Of a stretch of DNA of 64,000 nt, positions 25,254 through 38,551 are shown in pieces (position 1 is the stretch's first letter; every line of letters begins with the position of its first letter). The translations under genes were made by a program, and so were the position numbers. The notes beneath the pieces were generated by a model, which saw only the letters and a list, made by a program, of their open reading frames with translations, ran no database searches and was not told the DNA's origin. Source of the DNA: Octopus sinensis (Eukaryota); the NCBI RefSeq assembly GCF_006345805.1, contig NC_043006.1, positions 105,772,001 through 105,836,000 of the forward strand, read 5' to 3'.

Positions 25254-26190
25254 CACGATGTAACACATGTTTTGTTTATTTGTATTTTTTAAAGTTCATT
25301 TATGCATTTTTGCCACTAAATTCAAAAATGACATTCGTTTTGTCGTGACGTCAATAGTTGTTTATTTATTCCTAATTTTCTATTTGCTCGTTATATTTGT
25401 AACTTTTCTCTACAGCACTTTGTTGGTTCAGTCTATTCTAGTATTGTAAGGATAATTACACAACATTTAGTACTTTTTCATATATTGAAAGGTATTTAGG
25501 AAGTATAATATTAGTTAGAACAAAAAGAAACAATAGAACTCTGCACTGTAAATGCCTTGATAACTCTTTTCTTAAGATGGGATGTGCTTTGACGATCGAG
25601 ATTTTCTGTAGTGTATACCTTCATCTCTTCTGACTAGAGACCATATATAATCTCCCATCATAGCAGTATCCCATTGTCCTTGGTATCGTCTTTCCATAGT
25701 TGCGATAGTCTGATGAAATCTCTCACCATGCTCCTCACTGACATCACCCAAGTTTTCGGTGGGAAAATCTGGGTGAGAATGCAAAAAGTGAACCTTTAAG
25801 GACATACGACAACCCCATTTTCTTGAAGTTTTCTATAAGCTTTGCTACCAGCTGTTTGTAATTAGGATCCTTGTGATTTCCTAGGAATCCACGAACTACA
25901 TCACGAAATGCACACCAAGCTTCTTTTTCAACTTTTCTCATCGCTCTTTCCAGTTTCTTCGACTTTAACATTGCATTTACTTGGAGCCAACAAATATGCC
26001 ACCCTTGAATTTAGCCTCAGACAGCTTTGGAAACATAAGACAAATTTCTTGAAAAGCTTCTCCTCTAAAATCTAAGGCCTTCACAAACTGTTTTACCAAT
26101 CCGAGTTTGATATTAAGTGGGGGTAATAAGATTTTGTTGGAATCTACTAGAAGCAGGCTGTTTGAGAACATTTAACATTCCTGGCTGCAG
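25254..26190 (-). pseudogene. DNA transposon 3' half, probable Chapaev-3 (CMC) transposase
   Basis: ILLPPLNIKLGLVKQFVKALD..FPKLSEAK..EAWCAFRDVVRGFLGNHKDPNYKQLV..MSLKVHFLHSH..ENLGDVSEEHGERFHQTIATMERRYQGQWDTAMMGDYIWSL; putative terminus CACGATGTAAC at 25254. The superfamily name is from recall. Confidence 0.7.
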
Positions 26191-26285
26191 TTCCACTCGT
26201 GGGGGCCAATGTACTCCCTTGTAATGATGATCATCAGCTCACACACTCACACACTCACACACACTCACACTCACACACACACACT

Positions 26286-26333
<48 letters not shown>

Positions 26334-26455
26334 CGACAGGCTCCTTCCACTCACAAGACTTTGGTCGGCCCGAGTCTATAGTAGAAGACACTTGCCACGC
26401 AGTGGGACTGAACCCGGAATCATGTAGTTGGTAAGCAAGCTACTTACCACACAGT
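26175..26455 (-). mobile_element. SINE family 1 (5' part) truncating the DNA transposon
   Basis: Minus head GTGACTGTGTGGTAAGTAGCTTGCTTACCAAC..GGGTTCAGTCCCACTGCGTGGCAAGTGTCTTCTAC. Confidence 0.8.
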
Positions 26456-29023
26456 CACTCACACACACATACATATCTAGATCAGAAAATATGTGCGTTG
26501 CGTATGAAAGCCTTTTTACCAAAATTACTGAGTCAATATAAATATTGTCACGTGATAATAAACATAGCCGTAAAATAACAATGGACGCCGTGTACTTTAA
26601 CAGTTTCTTTGTATCGGTGTCAAACTATGCCATTGTAATCATGCCCATCATTTCATCTTCTCCTGCTTGTTGTCCGCCTACGCTGGTAATTAGCCCCTGT
26701 TGATAGTTTTTATGTCACCCTGTTTATTTGAACTATTTTTCAAAGAATTCAAGCCGATCTCTCCTATTGTCACTAGATTTCTTTGTAGTTCTAGAGATTT
26801 GTTAATGTGTATATGTGTAACGCGTAAAAGAGTTATGTGGGTATGCGGTTGCATATGTGTGATGCGTGTGTGTGTGTAGGAGTTAATGTGTAGGTTTGTG
26901 TGGGTGTAAGTTTGTATATATGTGAGATGTATATCTGAGTATGTGTGTGTATTAACTGGTTTCATTTTAAGAAAATTTTTCATCAGTAGAAAAAGAGCAG
27001 GTTTCGAACCCAGAAGCAATAGTGCTTGATTAGAATTTAGACCACAATAATTTTGTATCTATATGTATCTTTCTATCTACCCATCCATTCATCCATCTCT
27101 CTATTTATGCACGCACGCGTATGTGTGAGCTCACCCTTAGTTCTACTAGCAACATGTAATCCAGTACAACCTGTCACGTGCTCGAGCCGTCGGTGATTAA
27201 ACGATCAAGTCCACTAAGCTACTTTGGAGAGAAAGATAGTGTTTGTAGGACACCTAACTGGACGACAAACAAAACCTATCAGACAAAACCTGAGGATAAA
27301 CTCAGTAGAGTCAACTGCCATCGAGCAGCTAGAAATAAGAGATCCCGCTCTCCACATAATTCGTCCTTTATACTTTTCGGTAGAGAAACTCCGCTCCTCT
27401 GTTTTTCTTTTCTTTTTTTTTTTTGTGCTTGACTAATTCTATCTTCGCTTATTTACACTCCGCCAACTTTATGGTTGAATTCTACAGCGCCAAAATCGAA
27501 CAATATTATCGATAAGGTATCGAAAATGTAATGACTTTTGGTCGATTACTGATGAGCGGTGAGCGTGCCCACATCCTCTGTGCGTGTGTTATTATTTTTT
27601 TTTCTGTTTGATACTTCACTTTAGCAACCCCGGAGGGTTGAAGAAATAGTTTATCTCAGTGAGATTTATCTCAGAACGTAAAGAGCCGGAAGAAAATCCA
27701 AAGCATTTTCTCCATAAACTCCCATAAAGTACCACTCCTGCATCTGAAACTGTGATGCTGCTACTCATTCAAGCATCATAAATCGCACTGAGAAACAAAA
27801 TCACCCAAATGGTTGACAATGATTCGCTCACCAACTCACTCCATCTCTGTGTCAGAGACATGATGACTCCACTCTCTGTTTTTTTTCCTAACGCTACTAC
27901 TGTGGCTTTTGCACCAACTAACTGGTTGGCTTGCTGGCTGGCTGGCTGGTTGGCTGGCTGGCTGGCTGGCTAGTCATGTGCTACCTCAACCGAGGCACTC
28001 TCAACTCTCTCATTCCTCCTTCGCTTGTCCTCTTTATTGTGCTCACAATCTGCCAATTTCGCACAGATATCAAAAACTTGGTCTTTCCTTCCCAGTAAGT
28101 TTGTTCTTCAGAATTCCTTCTTCGTCTGTGGTTTCTCAACAATGTCCAAGAAGAACATTGGCCACATCACTCTCATCGGTCGTAGAGGCCTTGCTATCCA
28201 TGGTCGTGATCTCATTCTCAAGACCGCTCCAATAAAAAAATGGAAAATAACGTGTAATTTTCTTCTTTATCTTTGGTCAGTAAATGTGATTTCCTATTTG
28301 TTTCCATCTAGAAATCAAAGGAAATGACTACTATTCCCTTCAAACTTTGATTTTGCGACCTGGACATCAATGTTTTGAAACTGACTTATTTTCCATTACT
28401 TTTCAGAGATGCTGAAGCAGAAATATCGTTATATCAAATATTCTGTTCAATGCCACAGATTTGCTTGTCAGTTGCTTGACGATAACCACTTGAACATGTC
28501 CCTTAGTGGTGTCTCTGATCATGAGCAGGAGTAGTGGGGTAACATCAAAGCTATGTGTTGAGAGGAATTCTTTTGGCTATGACTAAATGCAACAAAAGCA
28601 TAGTTTGAAGAAACTATTAGCCATTTTTCATACTTTCTAGGAGTAAGAAATAACAGTTGCTACCCAAGGACAGAAATTGTTTCACTGAGTAAAGTTTTGA
28701 AAATATGAAAGCTTAACAGCAAAGACACAATAAAAAGCTTTCTCTTCGCTGTTGACAATAGTCGAGTAAAGACAATCAATATTGTTTTCCAATGAGTCAG
28801 ATAGGCTCATTATAGCCTATCTGATATCTCGCCTAATTAGAAACAGCAGCTCACTCTCCTTCAAATCATGTTATTATCTTATAAAAAAAGACAATGAATA
28901 ATATTTGTCATAGATAAATAGTCTCTAAATCAAATAATATTGTCAGGGCTTTAATACATTTGATCATAGGTTCGCTCAGTCATAACTAGACTGTGGTGAA
29001 ACAAGAAAAGCAGCAACAGCAGT

Positions 29024-29405
29024 GGAGGCGCAATGGCCCAATGGTTAGGGCAGCGGATTCGCGGTAGGAGGATCGCGAATTCGATTCCCAGACCGGGCGT
29101 TGTGTGTGTTTATTGAGCGAAAACACCTAAAGCTTCACGAGGCTCCGGCAGGGGGTGGGGGTGGCGACCCCTGTTGTACTCTTTCTCTCACTCTTTCTTC
29201 CTGTTTCTTATCCCCAACTTCCTACGCAACCGCTGAGCCTGGATGCGTATTCATCCATCCATCGATGCTCTCGGTGTCGGGGGTTGACCTGCTTTCTCTT
29301 CTGCGGGTCTTACGAATAGCAAAGGACCACGTTTCGGACTTCTCCCATCTTGCGAGCTCTGGGACGAAGACCGCTTCGCTCAACAGCAACAGCAACAGCA
29401 ACAAC
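29024..29405 (+). mobile_element. SINE family 3 head/body with an alternative 3' tail ending in (CAACAG)n
   Basis: Homologous to 15779 up to CTTCCTGTTTCTT (29209), then about 170 bp of unrelated sequence and CAACAGCAACAGCAACAGCAACAAC; CAGCAACAGCA also precedes the head. Confidence 0.75.
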
Positions 29406-30751
29406 TATATAATTAACAATATTGTCTTGCCGCAGTGGCCACATCACTACATTGTTTTTAAGTTCTAAAACTTCCAAATCATTCTGAATAAATGTTCCAT
29501 TAAAATATATTTCATACATTTATAAATTCCTGGGTATTTATTTCTAATTAAAATATGTGTATAATATATTTATAATAGTTTTAAATCTATAAATACTGTT
29601 TAATTAAAATGTGTGTCTAAAACAATTTGTAAGTGAAACAAACATTTATTCACGTGTTCAGAAGTGGAAACAATGGCCTTTAAAATTAATGTTGCGCTTT
29701 TGTTCTGGATAATAAAAAACATAATATGTCCTAGTAAAATTTACGAAGAAAAAGAAGAAATGTTGTGATGTCCATACACTGCATATTGGCTTCTATGGTG
29801 TGAATGAGATATCATAAAATTGCTCCAGCTTCGAAACAAAACATCATTACAAAATTAGCTGATTTGGGTACACCATTTGCTATCCGGCTCTAGTCCTGGT
29901 ATCGTACAGATGTGGATTTCTATCATAGTCACAAGTAGCTATATTTGAACGTAACAACCAAATGAAGTTTATGCGATGATGTTGGCCTTTACAAGGAGTT
30001 GAGCTAGTCAGGCGGAAAAGCAGTACCCGTAACATTTCACAAGGCGTCAGAGGTTGATGGGATTGCTGAAAGTGGAGACCCGGCGTAAGTGCCTGGAAGA
30101 AGGGACTCGGTTTACAGTATTCAAGGTGCCAGATAGCGGTGTTAATTTGGGTGGTGGATTCAGTTTATTACACACATAGGTTAATGCGAGTTTTGATCTC
30201 AGAAAGCAAAGAACCGAAACAAATATCGCAAGGCATCCAATCTGACGTTCCAATAGTTACGCCAATCCATTGCTCTGAATTGCCTTTTTTTTTTTCTTTT
30301 GCCTTTTTTCATCGAACCTGGAAGGATGAAAGGCGGTGCTGACTTGGGTGAGATTTGAACTCAGAACGCAAAGATTCGGGACCAAAATTGACTAAAAATA
30401 GAACGTCAATGAGAATTCACACCGATTTCCTGAATTGCCTTGTCTTGAGCTTATTACTTTACTACAAGGATTGCAAGCAAACTATTCCAGTTAAGGAAAT
30501 TTAATGATTGGTGAAGACAGAAATGTGTGGTTAAGAATCTCGCTTCACAACCACACAGTTCATGAGTTCCGGGTTATCCAGGTGTCTCCTGTTTTAACAT
30601 CACGGTGACTGAACACTTATGAGTTGAATGTCAAAACCAGAAACTGTGAAAGAGGTCATCGTGTATTATAACAAAGCCATAGGTACATCGTATTTAAATC
30701 AAACACAGGATCGTTTGGGAGTGCAAATCTTTCAATTTTAGAAACATAGAT

Positions 30752-31275
30752 AAGGCGCAGACGTGGTTGTATAGTAAGAAGCTTGCTTCTCAACCACACG
30801 GTTCCGGGTTCAGTCCCACTGCGTGGTACCTTGGACAAGTAGCTTCTACTGAAGCCTCGGATCGATCAAAGCTTCGTGAGTGGATTTGGTAGACGGAAAC
30901 TGAAAAAAGGCCGTCGCATATACGTGTATGTGTAATTTGTGTGTCTGTGTTTGCGTGTGTGTGTCTGTGTGTGCGCGTGTGTGTGTCTGTGTGTGCGTGC
31001 ATGTGCGTGAACTCGTGTGTATGTGTGTGTCTGTGTGTGTGTGACTGTATGTCTGTGCACTGTGTCTGTGTTTGGCCACCACCATCGCTTGGCAACAGGT
31101 GTTGGTGAGTTTACGTCCCCATGACATTAGCGCTTCAACAAAAGCGATCGACAGAATAAGTATCTAGATTAAAACCAAGTATTGGGGCCGATTCATTCGG
31201 TTAAAAATTCTTCATGGCGGTGCCCCAGCCTGGCTGCAGCCTAATGACTGAAACAAGTAAAAGATAAAAGATGAA
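30752..31275 (+). mobile_element. SINE family 1, full-length with internal (TG)n block
   Basis: All family motifs in order; tail GACTGAAACAAGTAAAAGATAAAAGA. Confidence 0.9.
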
Positions 31276-31316
31276 AGAAGAGCATCTGTCTATCTATCTA
31301 TAAATATATAGATAGA

Positions 31317-31435
31317 TGGCAAATTTTGAGCCATTCTTTAAGTAAAGCCTACTTCAGTGCTTTCAGAGTCCCTCAGCCATGGTCTCTGAAAGCACTGAAA
31401 TAGGCTTTACTTAAAGAGTGGCTCAAAATTTGCCA
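31317..31435. repeat. Inverted repeat: 52-bp arms (50/52), 15-nt loop, from a Tc1-like transposase C-terminus
   Basis: Arms 31317-31368 and 31384-31435; the right arm continues as SLKALK*ALLKEWLKICQTTVQNQ*ESIPRCIKIVIAAK to about 31500. Confidence 0.85.
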
Positions 31436-32089
31436 AACAACCGTTCAGAACCAGTAGGAGTCTATTCCTCGATGTATTAAAATTGTGATTGCTGCCAAAA
31501 TTGTCAAAATTGGCCAAATTAAATCTTCCAGATCTGAAATTTGTAGCAGTTGCAAACACATGAACAGGTTTCGATTGTCGAACTGGAGAACGTCAACCGC
31601 GCCGGATTGAGTTGCTGTCTCGCAGACTTGGCGTATTTTCTGTTAAATTGTTCTACACGAGCTGGATTAACTGATTTCTGCTATCAGGGAAAACGGAAAT
31701 ATTGGTGTCTTTCTTTATGTTCCATTTTTTGCATCAAGCTGCTTCGCGTTTTTCTTCTCGTTTTTTCTTATTTTCTCACTGCCCTGCGTCCTGATTTTTA
31801 AAATACATTTAACGTGTATACAGAGCCCGAAAGATTGTTTGAAAATACATGACATGTTTTATAAATATATCTACTTAAAGTATCGTAAACGCATGAACCT
31901 ATTAGTAGCTTTTGTAATGTGTATCAAATTGGTATTTATCACTCAGTGGATGGAGTATGTTTTTTGCTCGTTCTACGTATACTGGATGTGTGTGGGGGTG
32001 TTGTATGTGTGTGTGTGTGTGCGTGTGTGTGTGCGCGCGCTTGTGTGTATGTGCGTGTGTGAGTGTGAGCGTGTATCTTTCTATTTTTG

Positions 32090-32357
32090 ACTTCTTTCAA
32101 TCATTATACTGCGGCCATGCGACGGCACCGCCTTTAAAATGCTTTGGTCGAATGAATAGACACCAATACTTTCACTTGTTTTAAGACTGGTACTTACGTT
32201 GTATGTTTCTATTACCGAACCGCTAAGTTACTTGGACGTAAGCCCGCCGAAACTGGATGTCAAACGGTGGTAGGGGACAAATGTAGGGGCAGACACACAT
32301 AGATAGATAGAGAGAGAGAGAGAGGGAGAGAGAGAGAGAGATAGACAGACAGATATA

Positions 32358-32398
<41 letters not shown>

Positions 32399-32402
32399 TA
32401 GA

Positions 32403-32456
<54 letters not shown>

Positions 32457-32548
32457 GCGACGGGTTTCTTTTCAGCTTCCCTCAACCAAATCCATTGACA
32501 AGAATTTGGTCGGAACTATGTAGTTGGAAAGCAAGCTACTTACTACAC
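32090..32548 (-). mobile_element. SINE family 1 with internal (GATA)/(GA)/(TA) microsatellite
   Basis: Head and tail motifs on the minus strand; the microsatellite slot is filled with GATA/GA rather than CA/TA. Confidence 0.75.
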
Positions 32549-32558
32549 AACCACGCCA

Positions 32559-32591
<33 letters not shown>

Positions 32592-33089
32592 ATATAGATA
32601 TATATATAATATATATATATACATATTATGTACACACACACATATCTATGTATATTTATATGTATATATACATATATACCCATATATACGTATATACAAT
32701 CAACCTGTCAAAAAACCTTTGAACTTTACGTAAAACTATTATTATTGTCATTACTTTATTTTTATATTTATTTTTATACTTTCTAAACTTTCCTGTATTT
32801 TTTTATCTTCTCCTTCTGTCGTCTCTTCCTTCTCTGGAGGTCCTTACTCTCTTTTCCTTAGTTTGCACCCGTTATTTTCCCTCCCTCTCCCTCCGTTTCT
32901 TTTCTCTCCTCATCTTCTCTTCTCCCTTTCTCCCCACTTTCTATTTGTTCATCTTCATCGCTTTTATTTTCTCTTATTTTCTTCTCCCACCTTGCATATA
33001 TTTTCATCTCCCGACGCCCTTTTCTTATTATTATTGTTTTATTTATTTATTTATTTTTATTTTTTTCATTTTATTTCATTTTATTTTTA

Positions 33090-36000
33090 TTTTTATTTTT
33101 TCTTCAAACGCTTGTGCGTTTACTCATTTTCAAAAAAACCCGCTTCTCCAGCTACGTTTCATTTCTCAGTCACTGATTACATCACCACCTCATCCCTAAA
33201 GGTTTCCGCCTCCATTTCCACCCCACTCTCTACTATGCTTCATCCATCCTACCCATACTCCGTACCACATCTTACCGCCTTATGCCTGCTACCATTCGCT
33301 CCATCGACCGTATTCTCCCTCCTGTTTTTCCATCTTTTTTCTCCGCTCTGCCGCCCTTCCATGCTTACAACACGTTGCGTTATATAATTCATTTAAATCA
33401 CCTGTTTCATCAATTTCTTACCAACACCAAACTTCGTAAACTCCGCTCACTCCTCCCTGATATGCTCCACCCACCCATACCCAACACCCTGTCCCTCCAA
33501 ACCCCCTCACACATCCCCACACCCTCCTCCCAGCCTTCCACCAGCCCTACCACCCCTCCTACCTCCACCCTATCCACCCCTTCTCCACTTCAGTCTGTTG
33601 TTACCATTTCCCCAGATCTTCCCCTCTCTGTGGTGGAGCGCTCCATCCTCAGTGGTGGTCTGCATTTCATCCCCCTCACTCCATCCTGTAAGGAATTTCA
33701 GACTTGTGCTGATATCCACAGCTTTGTGCGCCGCGTTAGTTTGTGTCCGCTTTTCCGCGACACTCCACCCGCAGCAAACGAGGAGGACTGCTTCACTGAC
33801 CGGGGCCGCCGACCATCCCAGTGAACGCCTGCTCCAAGCAGTGGATCTTTTTGCGGGCACCTGTCAGCGCGCTTTGGAGCGGTTCAACTTCTCCAGGCGT
33901 CCCCGTCGTCTCAACATCTCCCCAGCCGAACTCTCGGTTCTTCGTTCCCTCCGACGGCGCACGGACATCGTTATTAAACCGGCCTACAAGGGTGGAGCTG
34001 TGGTGGTATGGCGCGCGGACTTCTACAGGGCCGAAGCCCTCCGCCAACTCCATCACACCTCCTTCTACTGCACTCTGTCCTCTGACCCCACGCCCAGCTA
34101 CCAACAGATGGTCTCCTCTACCATCCATGACCTCATCTCGTCCTCCCGTCTCCCCAACCTCATTGTCCAAATCCCCCGCACCCCCACCATTTACTTCCTC
34201 CCCAAAGTCTACAAACCCAACAACCCTGGCCGCCCCATCGTCTCCGCCTGTAACTGCACCACCGAGCTTATCTCCAAATATCTCGACCGTGTCCTTGCCC
34301 CCCTAGTGGCTTCTCTTCCTTCTCACATCCATGACACCAACCATGCTCTTCGTCTATTCAACTCTTTCTCCTTCCCGCCTGGCTCCTCCAAACTTCTCTT
34401 TACACTGGACATCCAGATCCTCTACACTGTGATCTCTCACCACGAGGGGCTGCGTGCATTGAAACACTTCCTGGATCCCCGAACCAATTCCCAACCCGAC
34501 ACCTCCACACTCGTTCGTCCGGCCCAACTTTTCCTCTCACTCAACTGCTTCTCGTTCGCGGGCAAGTTCAACCAGCAGATCGAGAGTGGCCATGGGAACG
34601 AGAATGGGCCCCAACTATGCGAACCTGTTCGTTGGCTATGTTGAGGCCTACATATTCTCTAGTTTCACTGGTCCCACTCCCGAACTATATGGCAGTTACA
34701 TTGACGACTGTATCGGTGCCATCTAGACTCCTTCCTCTCTTTCGTCAAATCTTTCCATCCTACCCTCCACTTCTCCTGCACTATCTCTGACACCTCTGTC
34801 TCCTTTCGTGACATTTCGGTCAGCATTCATCACCTCCATCTACTTACCACCTCCATCTACTACAAACACACAGACTCACACTCATACCTAAACATCTCCT
34901 CCTCCCACCCAAAACACACCAAGCTTTCCATCCCCTATTCCCAATTCCTCCGTCTACGCAGGCTCTGTAGTGACGACCATGACTTTGAGACTCAGTCTCA
35001 ACTCATGGCTCGCCACTTCATCCTACGTCGATATCCCCTCACCACTATCCACACCGCCCTTGCCAGAGCACGTTCTGTGGACTGTGCATTTGCTCTCTCC
35101 CCCGAATCCGCCCTGTAGTCTCCCACCTCCCTTTTCCCATCACCTACCACCCCACCGCCCTACCTCTCCAACGCACCATTCTCCGAGCTTTCCGGCATCT
35201 CCAGTCCGCCCCGTCCACTTCACACCTCTTCCCTAACCGACCCCTCCCCTCCTTCAAACGAGCCCACAACCTACGAGACCTCTTGGTCCATAGCTTCTTC
35301 TCCAACCCTACCTCCCAACCTGGCTCGTTCCCGTGCTCCTGCCCACGGTGCTGCACTTGCCCTTACCTCTCCAACACCACCCTCCTCACCTGCACCTCCA
35401 GCAATATCATCTGTTGTATCTCCTGCTCTCTCTGCCATTTCCTGTACATCGGACAAACGGGACGCCGCTTGGCTGACCGGTTCGCGGAACACCTCCGAGA
35501 CATCCGCCTCGGCAATGACACCCCGGTCTCACGCCATTTCCGCTCCACCGGTCACTCTTTGCAATGCTTTTCTGTGTTCGGATTGTCCTTGCACAGAGGC
35601 CATCCGGACTGCCGTTTGCGCCGTGAACAGGGATTAATCTTCTCTCTTCGCTCTTTTACGCCATTTGGGCTCAACTCTCCTCCCTTCTTCATCTAACCTC
35701 CTCCCCGACTCCTACTTCACTTCACTCCTACATCTTTTCACCCCTACTCTCTTTCCCGCTTCTCTCTTACTCTCTTTCTCTCTTCTCTCTTTCTCTCAGC
35801 TCCCTCACTCTCCTTCTCTCCTCTCTCCCCCCTCCCTCCTCCTTCTTCCCACCCAACTCCCCTCTCTTGCCCCGATTCCTACTTCTCTTCACTCCTACTT
35901 CTCTTCACCCCTACTCTCTTTCCCTCTTCTCTCTTACTCTCTTTCTCTCCCTTCTTTCCCTCTTCCCTCTTACTCTCTTTCGATCTTTCTCTCTTCTCTC

Positions 36001-36735
36001 TTACTCTCTTTCACTCTTCCCTCTTTCTCTCCCTTCTCTTATTCTCTTTCTCTCTTCTCTCCTCCTCTCTCTCCTCACATACCTACCTTCCCCTCCTCCC
36101 ATAAGCCCACCCACCCCTACACGTTCCTACTCCACCTTCCCTATCCTTCCCATCCCCCATCCCATCCCCCATTCTATCCCACATACCCTCCCACACATAC
36201 CCCACTTCTACCCCCACCCTCTGCCTACCCAAAACCCCGACTCTACCCCAACCCTCAGCCGAACCCACACCCCACCCGTGCTTTCCCCACTCTCGCCTCC
36301 CAACAACATCACACCACACCACACTACACCATACAATATTACACATCACATCACAGCACACCACCCACACACCCATCCCCACATTTTCACACCTACACAT
36401 ACATACACGCACACGTCCAGACCACCAGCCCTCTTTCACACGCACATACATACTCTCTTATACACGCACGCACCTTCGTATTGGGGGTCATCTTTACTTT
36501 GTTATCTCCCCCACTTTCCTTCTTGTGTGTGACCCTTCTGTCCGAGTCAGACGCCATAATGGATCGTTAGCCACTACACACATTTTTTTCTCTCCTTGTT
36601 TTTTTTATGTCCCTTTTCTGTAGAAGAGCGTAAGCTCGAAATGTAAAAGACTTTCTATTCCTGAGCTAATACTAATACATCTGTTTATTTTGAGCACCAC
36701 CTGTCTTCGTCTTTTGTGTTTTTCGTAAACTCTCC
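33090..36735 (+). mobile_element. Penelope-like element (Neptune-type), near full length, frameshifted
   Basis: N-terminal HLIPKGFRL and ISPDLPLSVVERSILSGGLHFIP; RT IKPAYKGGAVVVW, YFLPKVYKPNNPGRPIVS, YIDD (about 34698); Cys-rich linker FPCSCPRCCTCPY; GIY-YIG NIICCISCSLC..YIGQTGRRLADRFAEHL..HF; low-complexity 3' UTR; terminal hammerhead motif; (AT)n immediately 3'. Confidence 0.92.
36613..36650 (+). ncRNA. Minimal type I hammerhead motif, A6U variant
   Basis: CUUUU-CUGUAGA-A-GAGC(GUAA)GCUC-GAAA-UG-U-A-AAAG; C15.2 to U looks like CpG decay; GUA cleavage triplet. Confidence 0.6.
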
Positions 36736-36775
<40 letters not shown>

Positions 36776-36987
36776 GTATGTATACGTTGAAAGTCAATAA
36801 AGTTTGCCTTAGAAGCGTTGAGATGTATTGAAAGATACAGATAAGGAAATAACTTTATTTCCAAACGCAGGATGATGCTAATAATATAGCATGAACAGAA
36901 TAAACAATCCATATTTTGCAGACAAACCTGTCGGCGGCCAGCTATGAGACTCGAACTCACATCGCTGATTACGCGTCAAATATATAA

Positions 36988-37065
36988 CATACATACACAC
37001 ATACATACATACATGCATGCATACATACATACATACATGCATACATACATACATACGTACATGCA

Positions 37066-37099
<34 letters not shown>

Positions 37100-37389
37100 C
37101 ATACATACATACATACATACATACATGCATACATACATACATACATGCATGCATACATACATACATACATACATACATACATACATGCATACATACATAC
37201 ATGCATACATACATACATGCATACATACATACATACATACATACATACATGCATGCATACATACATACATACATACATACATACATACATACATACATGC
37301 ATACATACATATATACATACATGCATACATACATACATACATAGATACAGACATACATACATACATACATACATGCATACATGCATACA

Positions 37390-37423
<34 letters not shown>

Positions 37424-37661
37424 CATACATGCATACATACATACATACATACATACATACATACATACATGCATACATGCATACATACATACATACATAC
37501 ATGCATACATACATGCATACATACATACATACATACATACATGCATACATACATACATACATGCATACATACATACATACATACATACATACATACATGC
37601 ATACATACATACATACATACATACATACATACACACATACATACATACATATATACATACA
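36988..37661. repeat. (TACA)n/(TGCA) compound tetranucleotide microsatellite, about 670 bp
   Basis: Direct reading; explains the MYVC/HTYI ORFs in multiple frames. Confidence 0.97.
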
Positions 37662-38447
37662 TTTTATATTCACCTGTATGCATATTTGTATAGTCATCTG
37701 TCAATGCTATCATCCTCCATATTTCTATCCAAAGTGTCACTCTCTCAACCATCATTTCTCTAGATTCGCTGTCTGCGTATCCAGATACCAGTGAAATGGC
37801 CATCAATGGCTTTCCTTGCCTCCTTTCTCTCTGGATATATTTTTTCTCCTTTTAATAAATACATTCGATGCTTTAGCTGCGAAATTCCTTGTTGTTGTTG
37901 ATGTTGTTGTTGTTGTCCGTTTGTTCTTGTTGTTGTTGTTGTTGTTGTATAAGAGATCTGACTTGTTAGATCGGTTAATAAATACTGTTCCCATCCAAAA
38001 GAGATATAGGTCCATCAGGGGTTATCACACACATCTAGAGATTTAAGTCAATATTCTGTATCATTCGTTATTATCCGACACACTCACACGCAAATACACA
38101 CACACACATACACACACAAATACACACGCTCTCACATATACACATACATATACGCAAACAGATGCGCATATATGCACACACAAATACATATGCCTGCGTG
38201 CACATGTATGTACGCATATATGTACTATATATATGCATATATATATATATATATATATAATACGTGAGTATATATATACATATATGTATATATGCATACA
38301 TATACATATATATATGTATATATATATATATGTTATATATATATACATATATATATATATATGTATATATATACACATACATACATATATATACATATAT
38401 ATATAATATTTTATGCCTGTATTTTCATATGCTTTTCATAAGCATTG

Positions 38448-38551
<104 letters not shown>

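Noticed and set aside
27545-27575. CTGATGAG motif
   Set aside because: No downstream stem II-GAAA.
35665-36570. 301-aa ORF after the PLE endonuclease
   Set aside because: Low-complexity pyrimidine/CA-rich 3' UTR of the PLE; not conserved as protein in the second copy.
33090-36735. Naiad/Chlamys-type or selenoprotein-encoding PLE
   Set aside because: The endonuclease is C-terminal with a Cys-rich linker (Neptune layout); I saw no shared in-frame TGA at Cys positions in the linker/endonuclease of the two copies.
36878-37806. Long ORFs (242-276 aa) in several frames
   Set aside because: Translations of the (TACA/TGCA)n tract, which lacks stops in most frames.
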